The translations under genes and the position numbers were made by a program. The notes under the pieces were generated by a model that saw only the letters and a program-made list of their open reading frames with translations, searched no databases and was not told where the DNA came from. Below are positions 19,938 through 30,598 of a stretch of DNA of 64,000 nt, one piece after another. Numbering within the stretch: the first letter of the stretch is position 1; every line of letters begins with the position of its first letter. The DNA is from Candidatus Woesebacteria bacterium (GTDB taxonomy: Bacteria > Patescibacteriota > Microgenomatia > UBA1400 > UBA1396), in assembly GCA_021208605.1 (NCBI GenBank), contig JAJOJK010000003.1, positions 73,481 through 137,480 of the forward strand, given 5' to 3'.

Positions 19938-21842
19938 ATGCCAGTAACTACTGCGTCCGTGGTCGGCATTCCGTCAAAGACAACTTGGTCGACGACGGCT
20001 ACACTCCGCCTCCAATCGGCTGAACTCTGGTGCGCGTGCGGTTTTTCCGGAAGCGATGATTCTCCATATGAAGGTCGTCATTTTATTGATTTCCTTGAGA
20101 CACTGTCGGCTGCAAATGCGCAGGAATTCTATCAACAAGTATCTGAGTATCTCCAGCGGGTAGGCGAAAAAACGGCTTTTTCTGTGGCGCTAGCGTATCG
20201 AACTCCCCAGTCGGTCTTGTTGATCACCTTTGGTTTTGGCATGATTGCGTTTCACCGTCCAGCCGGAAAAGAAGTTCGCTGGCTTATGGATGGCACGCAA
20301 GAAAATCACATTTTAGAAGGCTTTTTGCAGCCTGGTGACACGTTATTTTTAGGCACTGCACGCTTCAAAGACACGGCTTTTCCAGTCGAAAAATTCATTC
20401 AGTTAACGCTCGACGACTTCACCGCCGAGGTTTTCCCGCGCGTGCAAAAGCACGCCAATTCTGGTGAAATCGCCGCCTTGGTAGTGCGCGAGAAAGGGCA
20501 GCCAACTCCGGCTGCCGCGGCTCCTGCGGCTCCTGTGGCTCCACAAAAGTTGGCGACTGCCGCGCCATCAAAACAAACGGAATCATCTGAGCCAACCGTT
20601 CCATCCTCCGGCGTTTCGCCAAGCCTTGCCGCCCACCTCATTTCTCCAGAAAAAATTAGAGCCGGCGTAGAGGCCGCGCATGTCCAGGATGTCACTTCAA
20701 AAAATGTGCGACATCGTTTACCCACACAGTGGCTGCAGCGCGTACAGGATTTTAATTGGCGACAACTGCATCTGGTGCGAATTGCCGCCGTAATCGGTGT
20801 TGTGGTGGTCTTAGTTGGTGGACTGATTTGGTATCGTTCCTGGAATGTCACTAAAGAGTACACCGAGGTGGTCGTGCCACTCGAACAACTCGTGTCTGAT
20901 TTGCAAGCCGAAAACGATCGCTTCGCGCAGCGCAATGAGGCCGAGGCCTTGCTCGAGCGCATCCAGGCTACGCGCGTGTCCTACAACGCGAATCGCCGCC
21001 GAGTTTTAGAGTTGGAATCCAGCGCGGAGTCGGTGTTCAACCAAGTTTCTGGTCAGCGCGAAATTGTGAACTTGCCTGTTTTTTATGATTTCCGCCTCAT
21101 TTCTCCTGATTTCTTAGCCAGCGAAGTCGCCCGCGAAGGCGATACCGCCTTTTTCCTCGACGGCAACAAAAAACAAGCCATTTCCCTCAACGTGACGAAT
21201 AAGCAAAATGAATCCATTCCCATCGACACCCAAGACGAGCTGCGCGACATGACCATTATTGGAAGCCGACTGTTTTTCTTAACAAATAGCGGCGTTCTAT
21301 CATCCACACTCAGTGGTGCCGACTTACAAACCGCAGTTGGGTTTGATGACGATGTAGAAGATCCATCGTACTTGTCCTCTTTTGGTGAAAATGTGTATGT
21401 GTTGGACCGCGGTGCTCAGCAAATCTGGCGTGCTGATGCGTTAGCGGAAGATGCCAGCCCTTCTGGTTGGGTTCGCTCGGCTGCCGGTGTTGATTTTTCT
21501 AATATTTCTTCCATGGCTATTAACGGCAGTATTTGGCTAGGTTCTAACTCCGGCGAAGTTTACCAGCTTTTGGCCGGCCAACGCGAAAGCTATGATTTTA
21601 TTGGCTTACCAGAACCATTCACTTCCTCTTTGCTTGTGGCCGCCAATGAAGAAGGCGAAAAACTCGTGGTCGTCGAACCAGCGCAAAAACGACTAGTCGT
21701 CTTCCAAAAAGAAACCGGCGAGTACCTCCAGCAAATCACCTCCGAACAAATCGGCGCCGTGACCGATGTGGTGCTGGATGAAGAAGAACGGGTTGCGTAT
21801 TTGCTGGCGGGTAGTGTAGTATATCGAGTTGAGGTTGAGTAA
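19938..21842 (+). CDS. Single-pass membrane protein: degenerate PP2C-like N-terminal domain, C-terminal beta-propeller-like domain
   Basis: LQPGDTLFLGT; TM; NVYVLD...IWR, SMAINGSIWL repeats. Confidence 0.65.
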   Translation: MPVTTASVVGIPSKTTWSTTATLRLQSAELWCACGFSGSDDSPYEGRHFIDFLETLSAANAQEFYQQVSEYLQRVGEKTAFSVALAYRTPQSVLLITFGFGMIAFHRPAGKEVRWLMDGTQENHILEGFLQPGDTLFLGTARFKDTAFPVEKFIQLTLDDFTAEVFPRVQKHANSGEIAALVVREKGQPTPAAAAPAAPVAPQKLATAAPSKQTESSEPTVPSSGVSPSLAAHLISPEKIRAGVEAAHVQDVTSKNVRHRLPTQWLQRVQDFNWRQLHLVRIAAVIGVVVVLVGGLIWYRSWNVTKEYTEVVVPLEQLVSDLQAENDRFAQRNEAEALLERIQATRVSYNANRRRVLELESSAESVFNQVSGQREIVNLPVFYDFRLISPDFLASEVAREGDTAFFLDGNKKQAISLNVTNKQNESIPIDTQDELRDMTIIGSRLFFLTNSGVLSSTLSGADLQTAVGFDDDVEDPSYLSSFGENVYVLDRGAQQIWRADALAEDASPSGWVRSAAGVDFSNISSMAINGSIWLGSNSGEVYQLLAGQRESYDFIGLPEPFTSSLLVAANEEGEKLVVVEPAQKRLVVFQKETGEYLQQITSEQIGAVTDVVLDEEERVAYLLAGSVVYRVEVE

Positions 21843-21857
21843 AACAGAAAGGAAAGT

Positions 21858-22217
21858 ATGAGTGAAGTACAAGGTCCTGGTCAAATAATTGGTAAAAGAG
21901 AAACTTATAAACCTACAGATAGTGAAGAAGCTATTAAGTTTGCTGTTATTAGGTCTTTAATGAGTGAATTTAGTTCGATGAGTCCTGAAGATATGGATTT
22001 AGATAAACTCATGCAGAGAACTATTACTAAAATGCATGAAGTTGTTCAAAAATTAGAAAAAGCTGCTCACGTTATGGATCGTCGCGCTTTTTTGCAAGAT
22101 ACCCGTAGATGGCTTACGAGTGATGAGGCTAAGAGCTATTATGCAGAAAAAGGTCGTAGTGATGAAGATCGTATAAAAATGATTAATAGAGTGGATAGCG
22201 ATTTAGCGAATCTCTAA
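21858..22217 (+). CDS. Hypothetical protein (AT-rich)
   Basis: 119 aa, GAAAGGA SD. Confidence 0.7.
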   Translation: MSEVQGPGQIIGKRETYKPTDSEEAIKFAVIRSLMSEFSSMSPEDMDLDKLMQRTITKMHEVVQKLEKAAHVMDRRAFLQDTRRWLTSDEAKSYYAEKGRSDEDRIKMINRVDSDLANL

Positions 22218-22221
22218 AATC

Positions 22222-24624
22222 CTACTCCCACCCAAAATACCCACTCGTGGCTTGGAATAATCGTTCAGCCGGGACAATATACCTTTCTTCAACAGGTTTT
22301 TGTTCCGGCTGTCCTTCTGCGTTGATGACCTCGATAGTTTGGCGTTGGCAGTCTAAGCAGTAGTCGCGGGTGAAGGGGTCGGTGAGGAGCACGTGCTCTT
22401 CGAATTTTAATTTATCGGTCGGGTCATTAGGACCGGGTGGTAAGCCGGTTTGTTCGGCAATCCAGGTACCGTTGACCACATTTTCCACGTCTTGTGGCTC
22501 GGTGCCTTCCCAGAATTTTTCGGTGACGGTGCTGCATTGTTTGTCGGCTGGCACGGCTGGATTGGGAAGCGCGCCAGAACGTTGGCAGATAGCCACTTCG
22601 GTAATGCTTTCTGGTTCCGGCTGCCATTCTTCTTCTGGGCTCGGGTCTTCTTGCACCAAGTACGACATGATGTCATTCCAGATTGGGGCGGCGCCGGTGA
22701 TACCAGAGACCAAGTACGGGTTCATGGCGGAGTTGTCGGTATTTCCGACCCATGTGGCGACTAAGTAGTCAGCACTGAAGCCCACGGTCCAGTTGTCGCG
22801 TAGGTCGTTGGTGGTGCCGGTTTTAGCGGCGACCTTCTGTCCACGGATTTGCAGGTTGGAGGACGCGCCAAAGGCCGGAATACGGGCTTGGTTGTCGGAA
22901 ATGATATCACTGACCAGGTAGGCCGGTTCGCGGTCTAAAACGCGGTAAATGTCATCGCGGTCGTCGGATACTTTGGCTTCGAGCTCGCGACGTTCTTCAG
23001 CCGGCCCGGTGGGCGCCAAGAACTGTTGTGACTCAAACGCTTGTAAACGCTCGTCGAGGTTGACTTCGCGGAGAACTTCTCCGGTGTAGGTTTCAACTTT
23101 GAGAATAGAAATAAGTGGAACCTTGACTCCCTGGTTCGCTAAGACACCATAGGCTGTTGCCAACTCAGTCATCTTCACTTCGCCGGCGCCGAGAGGCAGA
23201 GACAGGCCGTAATTTTTTTCATCGGTGCTGAGTGAAAGGAGTCCCATGGCGCGAGTGCGCTCGATAATTTCGCTGGTGCCGTTGACGGCGCCTGTTTTTA
23301 CCGCCGGAACGTTATACGAGTTGGCTAACGCAGCCCGGGGCAGAACTGGACCGCGGTAACTATTGTCGTAGTTCCTGGGACAGTATTCCTCTTGGCCAAC
23401 CACCTGGAAACAGGTGGGAATGTCCAAAAGCATGGTGCCCATGTTGAAACGTCTGGTTTGGAGTGCGGTGGCGAGGTTCAGCGGCTTCATGGATGAGCCT
23501 GGCTGGCGTGGGCGCACAGTCATGTTGATTTGGCCTTCGTCGGTGGCGTCGAAGTAATCGTGTGAGCCGACCATGGCTAATATTTCGCCAGTATGCGGTT
23601 TGGTGACCAGCGCCGCGCCATTGCCCACTCTGTAGCGATCAAGATCATCGATTTCAGCGGAAAGGGAAGCTTGCGCTACTTGCTGCAAGCCAAGATCTAA
23701 AGTTGTAGTGACGCGAAGTCCGCCGCGCTCGACGGTGGCTTGGCCGTATTCTTCAATGAGTAAATCGCGCACGTAAAAGACGAAATGCGGGGCCTGAATA
23801 TCGAAGCGCTTTTCGGCAAAGGCGAGTTCTTGTTCTTCGGCCGAGTCCGCCTCTTCCTGAGTAATGTAGCCTTCTTCGACCATACGACGGAGTACTTCTC
23901 GCTGTCGATCAAATCCCAACTGCGGTGTATTGCCAAACGGCGAGTAACGTGTCGGTGACTGGGGTAATCCGGCCAAATAGCTGGCTTCAGCTAAAGTTAA
24001 ATCTTTCGCAGATTTATCGAAATAGGTATTAGCGGCAGCCTCGATTCCCCACGCGGTTCCGCCATAGGGCACATGATTCAAGTACATTTCGAGAATGTCT
24101 TTTTTGGAGTAGAGCACTTCTGTAGCCAAGGTTAAGACGGCCTCTTTGATTTTGCGTTCGAGGGTTTTTTCTCTGGTGAGAAGTGATACTTTGACGAGCT
24201 GCTGAGTAATGGTTGATCCACCTTCTGGGGAGCCGCCTTGGGTCAAATTTTTGTAAAACGCGCGGGCAATGCCAAAGAAGTCGAGTCCAAAGTGACGATA
24301 GAAGTTTTGGTCTTCCACGGCGATGGTCGCTTGCGGCACATACTCAGGCAGCTCATCGAGTTGGATGGGTGTTCGGTTTTCGTCGGAAAAAATCTCGTAG
24401 AGGAGAGTTCCGTTGCGGTCAAGAATCTGCGTGCTGACTGATAAGTTTTCGGCAGAGCGGAGTTTGGTGGGAGAGGGCAGATCTTTAATGAAGAGTACGA
24501 GCAACACAAAGATGCTCACGAGCGCTAAAAAAGTGACGACCAATAACAAACGCTGCAGCCAACCCCATTTTTTCCAGAGTTGTAGTGATTTTTTTTGGAG
24601 AAGGCGAAGTCGTTCCACTTGCAT
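22222..24624 (-). CDS. Class A penicillin-binding protein (PBP1A family)
   Basis: EDQNFYRHFG, GGSTITQQL, RKIKE; SSMK, SYN, KTGT. Confidence 0.97.
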   Translation of the reverse strand: MQVERLRLLQKKSLQLWKKWGWLQRLLLVVTFLALVSIFVLLVLFIKDLPSPTKLRSAENLSVSTQILDRNGTLLYEIFSDENRTPIQLDELPEYVPQATIAVEDQNFYRHFGLDFFGIARAFYKNLTQGGSPEGGSTITQQLVKVSLLTREKTLERKIKEAVLTLATEVLYSKKDILEMYLNHVPYGGTAWGIEAAANTYFDKSAKDLTLAEASYLAGLPQSPTRYSPFGNTPQLGFDRQREVLRRMVEEGYITQEEADSAEEQELAFAEKRFDIQAPHFVFYVRDLLIEEYGQATVERGGLRVTTTLDLGLQQVAQASLSAEIDDLDRYRVGNGAALVTKPHTGEILAMVGSHDYFDATDEGQINMTVRPRQPGSSMKPLNLATALQTRRFNMGTMLLDIPTCFQVVGQEEYCPRNYDNSYRGPVLPRAALANSYNVPAVKTGAVNGTSEIIERTRAMGLLSLSTDEKNYGLSLPLGAGEVKMTELATAYGVLANQGVKVPLISILKVETYTGEVLREVNLDERLQAFESQQFLAPTGPAEERRELEAKVSDDRDDIYRVLDREPAYLVSDIISDNQARIPAFGASSNLQIRGQKVAAKTGTTNDLRDNWTVGFSADYLVATWVGNTDNSAMNPYLVSGITGAAPIWNDIMSYLVQEDPSPEEEWQPEPESITEVAICQRSGALPNPAVPADKQCSTVTEKFWEGTEPQDVENVVNGTWIAEQTGLPPGPNDPTDKLKFEEHVLLTDPFTRDYCLDCQRQTIEVINAEGQPEQKPVEERYIVPAERLFQATSGYFGWE

Positions 24625-24652
24625 ATTATAGCTTACCGATTGCCGCATCTTT

Positions 24653-24863
24653 AGGGACGGTCCTTTACTTGTTCACCAGAGGGGAGGAATGTCCTACATC
24701 GAGAAAGGATGGTCCCTCACCTCTTCGCCAGATGGGAAGAATGCTCCACATCGAGAAGGGACGGTCCTTCACCTCTTCACCAGAGGAGAGAAATACTCCA
24801 CCTCAAGAAGGGTTGGTCCCTCTTACTCCCTCTCCCCCTCCACATCAAGAAGGGTTGGACCCT
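24653..24863. repeat. Tandem array of REP-core units (52, 52, 52, 42 bp plus a final core)
   Basis: Units start at 24653, 24705, 24757, 24809 and 24851 with AGGG(A/T)(C/T)GG(T/A)CC(C/T)T-like cores and similar linkers. Confidence 0.88.
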
Positions 24864-24890
24864 GTCGCGCTTTGGTGTTACCGTAATTTC

Positions 24891-25430
24891 ATGTTAGAAC
24901 CCACAGCAGCACCCACGACTGAGTCACCCTCAACCACCAGCTTTTTGTCGACCTATATTTCACCAGATCTCATCTCATACTTAGAAGCGGAGCAAAAACG
25001 CCTCATCAAAGATAGTCTCCTTTTATTGTCGTATTTCGCGGATCGTCCCGAAGATCCGCATGAAGTGCACGATTTTGCGTTCGTAGTTTTTCCTCTAGCC
25101 AAGGCGTATGAAGGATTTTTGAAAACCTACTTTTATCGTCATCATTTAATTTCTGAAGATCGCTATCGCGGACGATATTTCCGTATTGGCCGTAGTTTCA
25201 ATCCCGATCTCCCGCAAAAGTATCGTGACGAAGATTGGGTCTATGACGATGTAACGAGGGAGTGCAGCGAAGAGCTCGCGCGAGAAATGTGGAATGTGTG
25301 GCTTGATGCACGCAATCACTTGTTTCACTATTTCCCGGACGAGCGCTATGATCTCACCTTAGAAGAAGCGGAAAAACTCGTGCACCACGCACTTGATGTT
25401 ATGACCCGTGCCGTGCGCTGCGGCGAGTAA
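24891..25430 (+). CDS. Stand-alone HEPN-domain protein resembling the RnlA/LsoA C-terminal RNase domain
   Basis: DFAFVVFPLAKAYEGFLK and RxxxxH motif RNHLFH; TGtTACCGT 6 nt before ATG 24891. Confidence 0.7.
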   Translation: MLEPTAAPTTESPSTTSFLSTYISPDLISYLEAEQKRLIKDSLLLLSYFADRPEDPHEVHDFAFVVFPLAKAYEGFLKTYFYRHHLISEDRYRGRYFRIGRSFNPDLPQKYRDEDWVYDDVTRECSEELAREMWNVWLDARNHLFHYFPDERYDLTLEEAEKLVHHALDVMTRAVRCGE

Positions 25431-25564
25431 CGCTGGCGTCACGCTGATGAACGCTTGTAAAAGCCCGTTAACGCCAGTCCGCAATTCAGCCTGGGTGTGT
25501 TACAATGGCTTGCACATCCGGAGACGGATTTTTTATATCGTGTAACTATAAATGAAGGGTGTGC

Positions 25565-26227
25565 ATGGCATACAAAAATATTACGATTTCAGGTTTTCCC
25601 GGTGCTGGTTCCACCACTTTGTTGAATGCGCTCAAAGAAGAGTTGAAGTTTGAAGGGTGGACTGGTTTTTCCGGTGGCGAGTTTATGCGCGCCTATGCCG
25701 CTGAACAAGGACTCCTCGATCCCAAAAGTGGCAAGTTGCACCATTCGGCCGCTACCTACAGTGATGATTTCGATCGACAAGTTGATTACGGCATGCGCGC
25801 TCGTCTGCAAAAAGGTGAGGGTTGGATCTTAGAGTCGTGGTTATCTGGTTTTCTTGCCCAAGGTGTGCCAGATGTTCTCAAAGTGCTCATGATTTGTTCT
25901 GACGAAGCTGTGAAAGTCGACCGCATCATGAACCGTGATGACGTGCCGGCAGAAGAGGCCGTTGCCAACATGCGCGAGCGCTACAACACCAATTACAACA
26001 AATGGTCCAGAATGTATCAAGAAGAGTGGGAAAATTGGGTCGTTACCGCGGGCAAAGCGGAATCGGGAGAAAAAATTGATTTTTGGAAACCGGAACTCTA
26101 CGATATAGTGATAGATACATACTCCACGAACAAACAAGACGCCTTCCAACGTGTCTTGAAAGCCCTCTATGAGTCCCGCCAAAAGCAAGACCAGCAAAAA
26201 ACTCCAGCAGCTCAAGCAAAAGCATAG
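25565..26227 (+). CDS. cmk: Cytidylate kinase-like P-loop kinase (archaeal-type Cmk)
   Basis: ITISGFPGAGSTT, SGGEFMR, FDRQVD, LESWLSG, YDIVIDT. Confidence 0.75.
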   Translation: MAYKNITISGFPGAGSTTLLNALKEELKFEGWTGFSGGEFMRAYAAEQGLLDPKSGKLHHSAATYSDDFDRQVDYGMRARLQKGEGWILESWLSGFLAQGVPDVLKVLMICSDEAVKVDRIMNRDDVPAEEAVANMRERYNTNYNKWSRMYQEEWENWVVTAGKAESGEKIDFWKPELYDIVIDTYSTNKQDAFQRVLKALYESRQKQDQQKTPAAQAKA

Positions 26228-26984
26228 TGATTCTGGGCTCAAGACAGTCAAGAAAGTCATTTCAAAATCTCGCAAGAATTCAAATGGGCACTCGTTTCGT
26301 TCGTCAACGGAAAGTGTTACTCCTTCTCAAGTAAAGGAATCTTTACGCACTCTCTATGGCTTTTTCTTTTTGGAAATGAGTCTCTTAGTCCTTTGGGTCG
26401 CATATCGCGGCTTTACTACATTTCCGGTGTGGTTTGATGAAGGTGTTGCCAAAGCGATAGTGTTTGGCTTACCGGTTTTTTGGTTTGCGGCGCGCTCAAA
26501 ATTTGTGGCCCGCGAAATTGGTTTGGACTTAAATCGCCTGGTTCCAGGAATGTATATGGGTCTCGCTATTGGCGGTTTGTATGGCTTTGCGGCTATTTTG
26601 TCTGAAGTCCTGGGTGGTACAGAAGTAGCTGGAGCCGCTTTTTACCTCACCAGTGATTTTTGGTGGTTGGCCTTCTTGGCTTTGCTGACCGCATGGTGGG
26701 AGTCACTCTTTTTCTTTGGATTGCCGATTCAGTTTATTCGCAGCGTGGCAAGCTGGGTTTCAGAAAGTGTCATCATGACTTTTGTGGTAGTGTTTTTCTT
26801 GCTGTTCCACTCGCCGCTGCGCATTATTGTTACTGGTGCCTCGCCGCAATTTTTAGTGCAAATGGGCGTCTTAACCTTGTTTGTGATTGGTCAGTATTTG
26901 GTCTATACCCGTACAAAAAATATGTATGCCATCGTGCTATCTCATCTGTTCTGGGGACTGGTCATACAGGTATATAGCATGTAG
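26169..26984 (+). CDS. CPBP/Abi (CAAX protease-like) membrane protein
   Basis: WESLFF, FFLLFH, VLSHLFW; multi-TM. Confidence 0.75.
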   Translation: MSPAKSKTSKKLQQLKQKHSDSGLKTVKKVISKSRKNSNGHSFRSSTESVTPSQVKESLRTLYGFFFLEMSLLVLWVAYRGFTTFPVWFDEGVAKAIVFGLPVFWFAARSKFVAREIGLDLNRLVPGMYMGLAIGGLYGFAAILSEVLGGTEVAGAAFYLTSDFWWLAFLALLTAWWESLFFFGLPIQFIRSVASWVSESVIMTFVVVFFLLFHSPLRIIVTGASPQFLVQMGVLTLFVIGQYLVYTRTKNMYAIVLSHLFWGLVIQVYSM

Positions 26985-27018
26985 GCGTGCTATACTACGT
27001 ATTCGCATTTGCGACAAC

Positions 27019-27570
27019 ATGAAATATTTAAAACAAGCGGTACAAACAAGTTTTTTCCTTTTTGGTGGTTTGGCAGTGCTCGCTGTTTCACTGCATTTTA
27101 CGAGTGTGCGCGAAACAATGGCTTCCACTGGCGAGTCGAGCACTTCGCAGACTTCGGCGCACTGGTTTGACTCCCACATGCCAGGAAGTGTGCCGTACAC
27201 CATGGGTCGGGCAGTGGATCGTTGGCAAGTGTGGAATGCGGACGAGTCAGAGCGCGCCACTTTTTTCTTGAACTATGCTGATCACCGCATGTCGGCGGCC
27301 GAATACACGTTTGAACACGCCAATCCTGAACTAGCCATTCATACTTTAGAAAAGGCCTTTGGCTATTTGCTGCGCGGGTACGAAGAGTGTCGGCAGTTTG
27401 GACCAGAGATGTCGGTTTCTTGTAGCGAGTTAGAGCCGGTTTTTGTCGACCAAGTGCAGCGTTTGCATGCATTGGTCGCTCACTTTGAGAAAAACACGGA
27501 AAATGATGCTCTCCGCGCTCATGCCATCACGTTGCAGCGACGGGTCCAAGTATTCATTGAGCGATTGTAA
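27019..27570 (+). CDS. Exported helical protein (DUF5667-like)
   Basis: N-terminal signal/TM; MPGSVPY...ADHRMSAA. Confidence 0.6.
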   Translation: MKYLKQAVQTSFFLFGGLAVLAVSLHFTSVRETMASTGESSTSQTSAHWFDSHMPGSVPYTMGRAVDRWQVWNADESERATFFLNYADHRMSAAEYTFEHANPELAIHTLEKAFGYLLRGYEECRQFGPEMSVSCSELEPVFVDQVQRLHALVAHFEKNTENDALRAHAITLQRRVQVFIERL

Positions 27571-27660
27571 GTTTCAATTCCTTTTTTTCTTACTTACTTT
27601 TTTCATATTTATACGGAGTCATTTTCCTCTGGTTCCTGGCGGAAATCCGTTGCTTTACAA

Positions 27661-27708
27661 GCACTGTAGATAGTGCTTTACTGTTGTACCTGCCACTACA
27701 TCTAGTGT
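27661..27708. promoter_or_regulatory. Tandem NrdR boxes
   Basis: GCACTGTAGATAGTGC (27661) and CCACTACATCTAGTGT (27693), 32 bp apart, upstream of nrdR-nrdJ. Confidence 0.85.
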
Positions 27709-27770
27709 TTTGGCCGCAAAATTGAGAAAGACCTGTACACACAACGAATTTGCAAAAAAGAATACAATTT

Positions 27771-28267
27771 ATGCGCTGTCCATACTGCTCACATACCGCT
27801 ACTTCTGTTTTAGAAAGCCGACTCACTTCGGACGCCGAATCCATCCGTCGCCGTCGCACCTGCGACAACTGTGGCAAGCGTTTTACGACCTACGAACGTG
27901 TGGAGGGAGTAGATCTCTCCGTGGTGAAAAAAATGGATCAACCGAAACCTTTGATCGCGAGAAATTGCGCAAGGGAATCGTCAAAGCCACCTGGAAGCGA
28001 CCAGTGTCCATGTCCGACATCGAAGAGTTGTTGGACGACGTGGAGCGCCGTTTGCGGGTGCGCAAAACTACCAAAATAAAAAGCTGGGAGATCGGTAATC
28101 TGGTGATGAATCGGTTGAAGAAACTCGATCCAGTTGCCTACTTACTGTTTGCTTCCGTGTACAAAGACTTCCAGTCGCTAGATGATTTTGAGGGCGAGAT
28201 CACCCGACTGCAAGACTCTCCTGCACCCAACCGTGCAGAAACCAATTGTGATACAGAGGAGGAATAA
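27771..28267 (+). CDS. nrdR: Transcriptional repressor NrdR (frameshift in the A7 run at 27927-27933)
   Basis: MRCPYC...IRRRRTCDNCGKRFTTYER in one frame; ATP-cone FDREKL...LDPVAYLLFASVYKDF in the -1 frame. Confidence 0.95.
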
Positions 28268-30446
28268 ATGCAGAAACAGATGCGTTTTCAGGAACGAAAA
28301 TTAGACTCCGGCATGGGCATGGCGGTCGCCCGCCGTACCTACCTGCGTAAGATTCACGATGAAGAAATCGGCGAAGAGCGCTGGGAAAATTGGGGCGAAG
28401 TTGCCGAGCGTGTCGCCCAAGGGAACACCGCTCTCCTGCCAGAAAAAATGCATGAACACCGCGAATCTGAATTTGCCCTCATGAAAAAACACATTGCCAA
28501 CGGCACCATGCTGATGGCCGGACGTCACCTCCAACACGGCGACTCCACCCAGCCAGAACGCAACATGGAAGTGTTTACCAACTGTAGTACCGCCTCTTCC
28601 TCTTTCTTAGTGTTCTACTTACTTATGAACGGATCCGGAGTTGGTCGCGCCTATGACGACGACATGTGTATTGTGAACTGGGATTTTATGCCACATGTTC
28701 GCACCGTGTTGTCAGATGAGCATCCTGATTTCGACTGGCAAACCGACGAAAGTGTGCGAGAAGCCATGCACAAATATGGCGAAGGCAAAAATGTGCACTG
28801 GTTTGAAGTACCCGACAGCCGCGAAGGCTGGGCACAAGCCGTGGAAAAAATTGAGAACATGGCCTTTACGCAAAAGCACAAAGACGATGTGTTAGTTTTG
28901 GATTTTTCCAAAGTTCGTCCGAAGGGTGCACCCATCCACGGCATGCAAGACCGTCCCGCTTCTGGTCCCAAGCCGCTGATGTTTGCTATTAACCGTCTTT
29001 CTTCTATTAAAGGTGCTGGTCTGTCGCAATGGAAACAAGCCATGTTTGCGGACCACTACTTAGCCGAATGTGTTTTGGTTGGTGGCGCGCGCCGCAGTGC
29101 CCGTATTGCTACCAAGTGGTGGAAAGATCCAGAAGTGTTCGACTTCATTAACATCAAACGCGGCGGCTTCTTATGGAGTGCCAACAACTCCGTCACCGTG
29201 GACGACACTTTCTGGAAGCAGAAATCTGACCACGCCAAAAAAGTCTTGGAAGCGGTTTTAGAAGCGAGCTACCATGACGGTACCGGCGAGCCAGGTTTTG
29301 TAAATCAACACAAACTCGTCCAAAACGACGAAGGCTTTGATGGCTACACCGACGGTAAATACGCCGAAAGCGAAAAATTCAAACCATTGAAAGAAACCGA
29401 ACCACTCCTATCCGCTTTGGCGAAACAGGCGCAGAAAAAAGAGTTCCACCAGATTCCAAATCCGTGTGGAGAGATCACTCTGAACATGCTTGGTGGCTAC
29501 TGTGTGATCGGCGATGTGGTGCCGTTCTTTGCCCCAACTTTGGATGACGCCGAAGAAGCCTTCCGCGCCATGGCTCGCGCCTTGATCCGGGTGAACACCA
29601 TGGATTGTTTGTATCGTCGCGAAGTGCGCCGCACCAACCGTATCGGTGTCGGCATGACCGGTATCCACGAATTTGCTTGGAACGCCTTTGGCTACGGTTT
29701 CCGTGACTTGATCGACGAAGAAAAATCCAAAGATTTCTGGGAAACGTTATCGCGATTCAAGCGATGCAGTCGACGAAGAAGCCCGAACCTACGCCAAAAA
29801 GCTCGGTGTTACCGTTCCGCACACCAACACCACTATCAAGCCATCTGGCACCGTTTCCAAACTCTTCGCCCTGACCGAAGGCGCTCACTTGCCGAGCATG
29901 CGCGAGTACCTCCGCTGGGTGCAGTACCGCAGCGACGATCCGCAGATTGATGGATACCGCGCCAAAGGCTACCCGATCAAAGAGCTGAAGAGCTACAAGG
30001 GTTCAAGCGCAGTCGGGTTCCCCACGCAGCCAATGATTTGTCGCCTGGGCATGGGAGGAAAACTTCTCACCGCCGGTGAAGCCACTCCAGAAGAGCAGTT
30101 CAAATGGCTCATGCTCCTCGAGAAGTACTGGATCCGCGGCGTCGACGAAAAAGGCGAGTTGCTGGAAGAGAATACCGGTAACCAGGTCTCCTACACGCTC
30201 AAGTACAATCCGGAAAAGGTTTCCTACGAAGACTTCTCCGCCATGGTGCGCCAGTACCAACCGTTAATTCGCGTCTGTTCCGTTATGCCACAGCAAGATG
30301 CCACGGCGTACGAGTACCAGCCAGAAGAGCCGATCACTGGTACTAAATTCATGGAAATCATCCGCGAAATAGAGCGTGATGGTGAGCTCTTCGAAGACAT
30401 CGACATCGAACACCTGAAATGTGAAAGTGGGGCTTGTCCTATCTAA
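28268..30446 (+). CDS. nrdJ: Ribonucleotide reductase, probably class II (B12-dependent); frameshift near 29764
   Basis: TNCS, NPCGEI, RIGVG; removing one base restores TTIKPSGTVSK and joins to the C-terminal CESGACPI; no beta subunit nearby. Confidence 0.85.
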
Positions 30447-30502
30447 CGAGGCTGAGTACTCCAGCCTCCACACGAACGAGAGTTCGTGGAGGATACCACA
30501 TT

Positions 30503-30539
30503 GGCTCCGGTCCTAAGAGGCCGGAGCCTTTTTCTTTTT
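30503..30539 (+). terminator. Intrinsic terminator
   Basis: GGCTCCGGTC-ctaaga-GGCCGGAGCC followed by a T tract; two more hairpins at 30448-30490. Confidence 0.88.
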
Positions 30540-30598
30540 CTGTAATTCTGTAATAAAGAAACAGTTCTTGACTAGGACAACTCCACAAGCCAGAAGAA

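Noticed and set aside
24653-24863. CRISPR array
   Set aside because: The sequences between cores resemble each other rather than being unique spacers, the cores are degenerate, and there is no cas gene in the window.
24585-24890. N-terminal 102 aa of ORF 24585..25430
   Set aside because: Translation of the repeat array, overlapping the PBP start; a better start with a -10 box is at 24891.
27927-27933. Programmed frameshift in nrdR
   Set aside because: The A7 run is not an in-frame X XXY YYZ site, and similar indels are scattered through the window.
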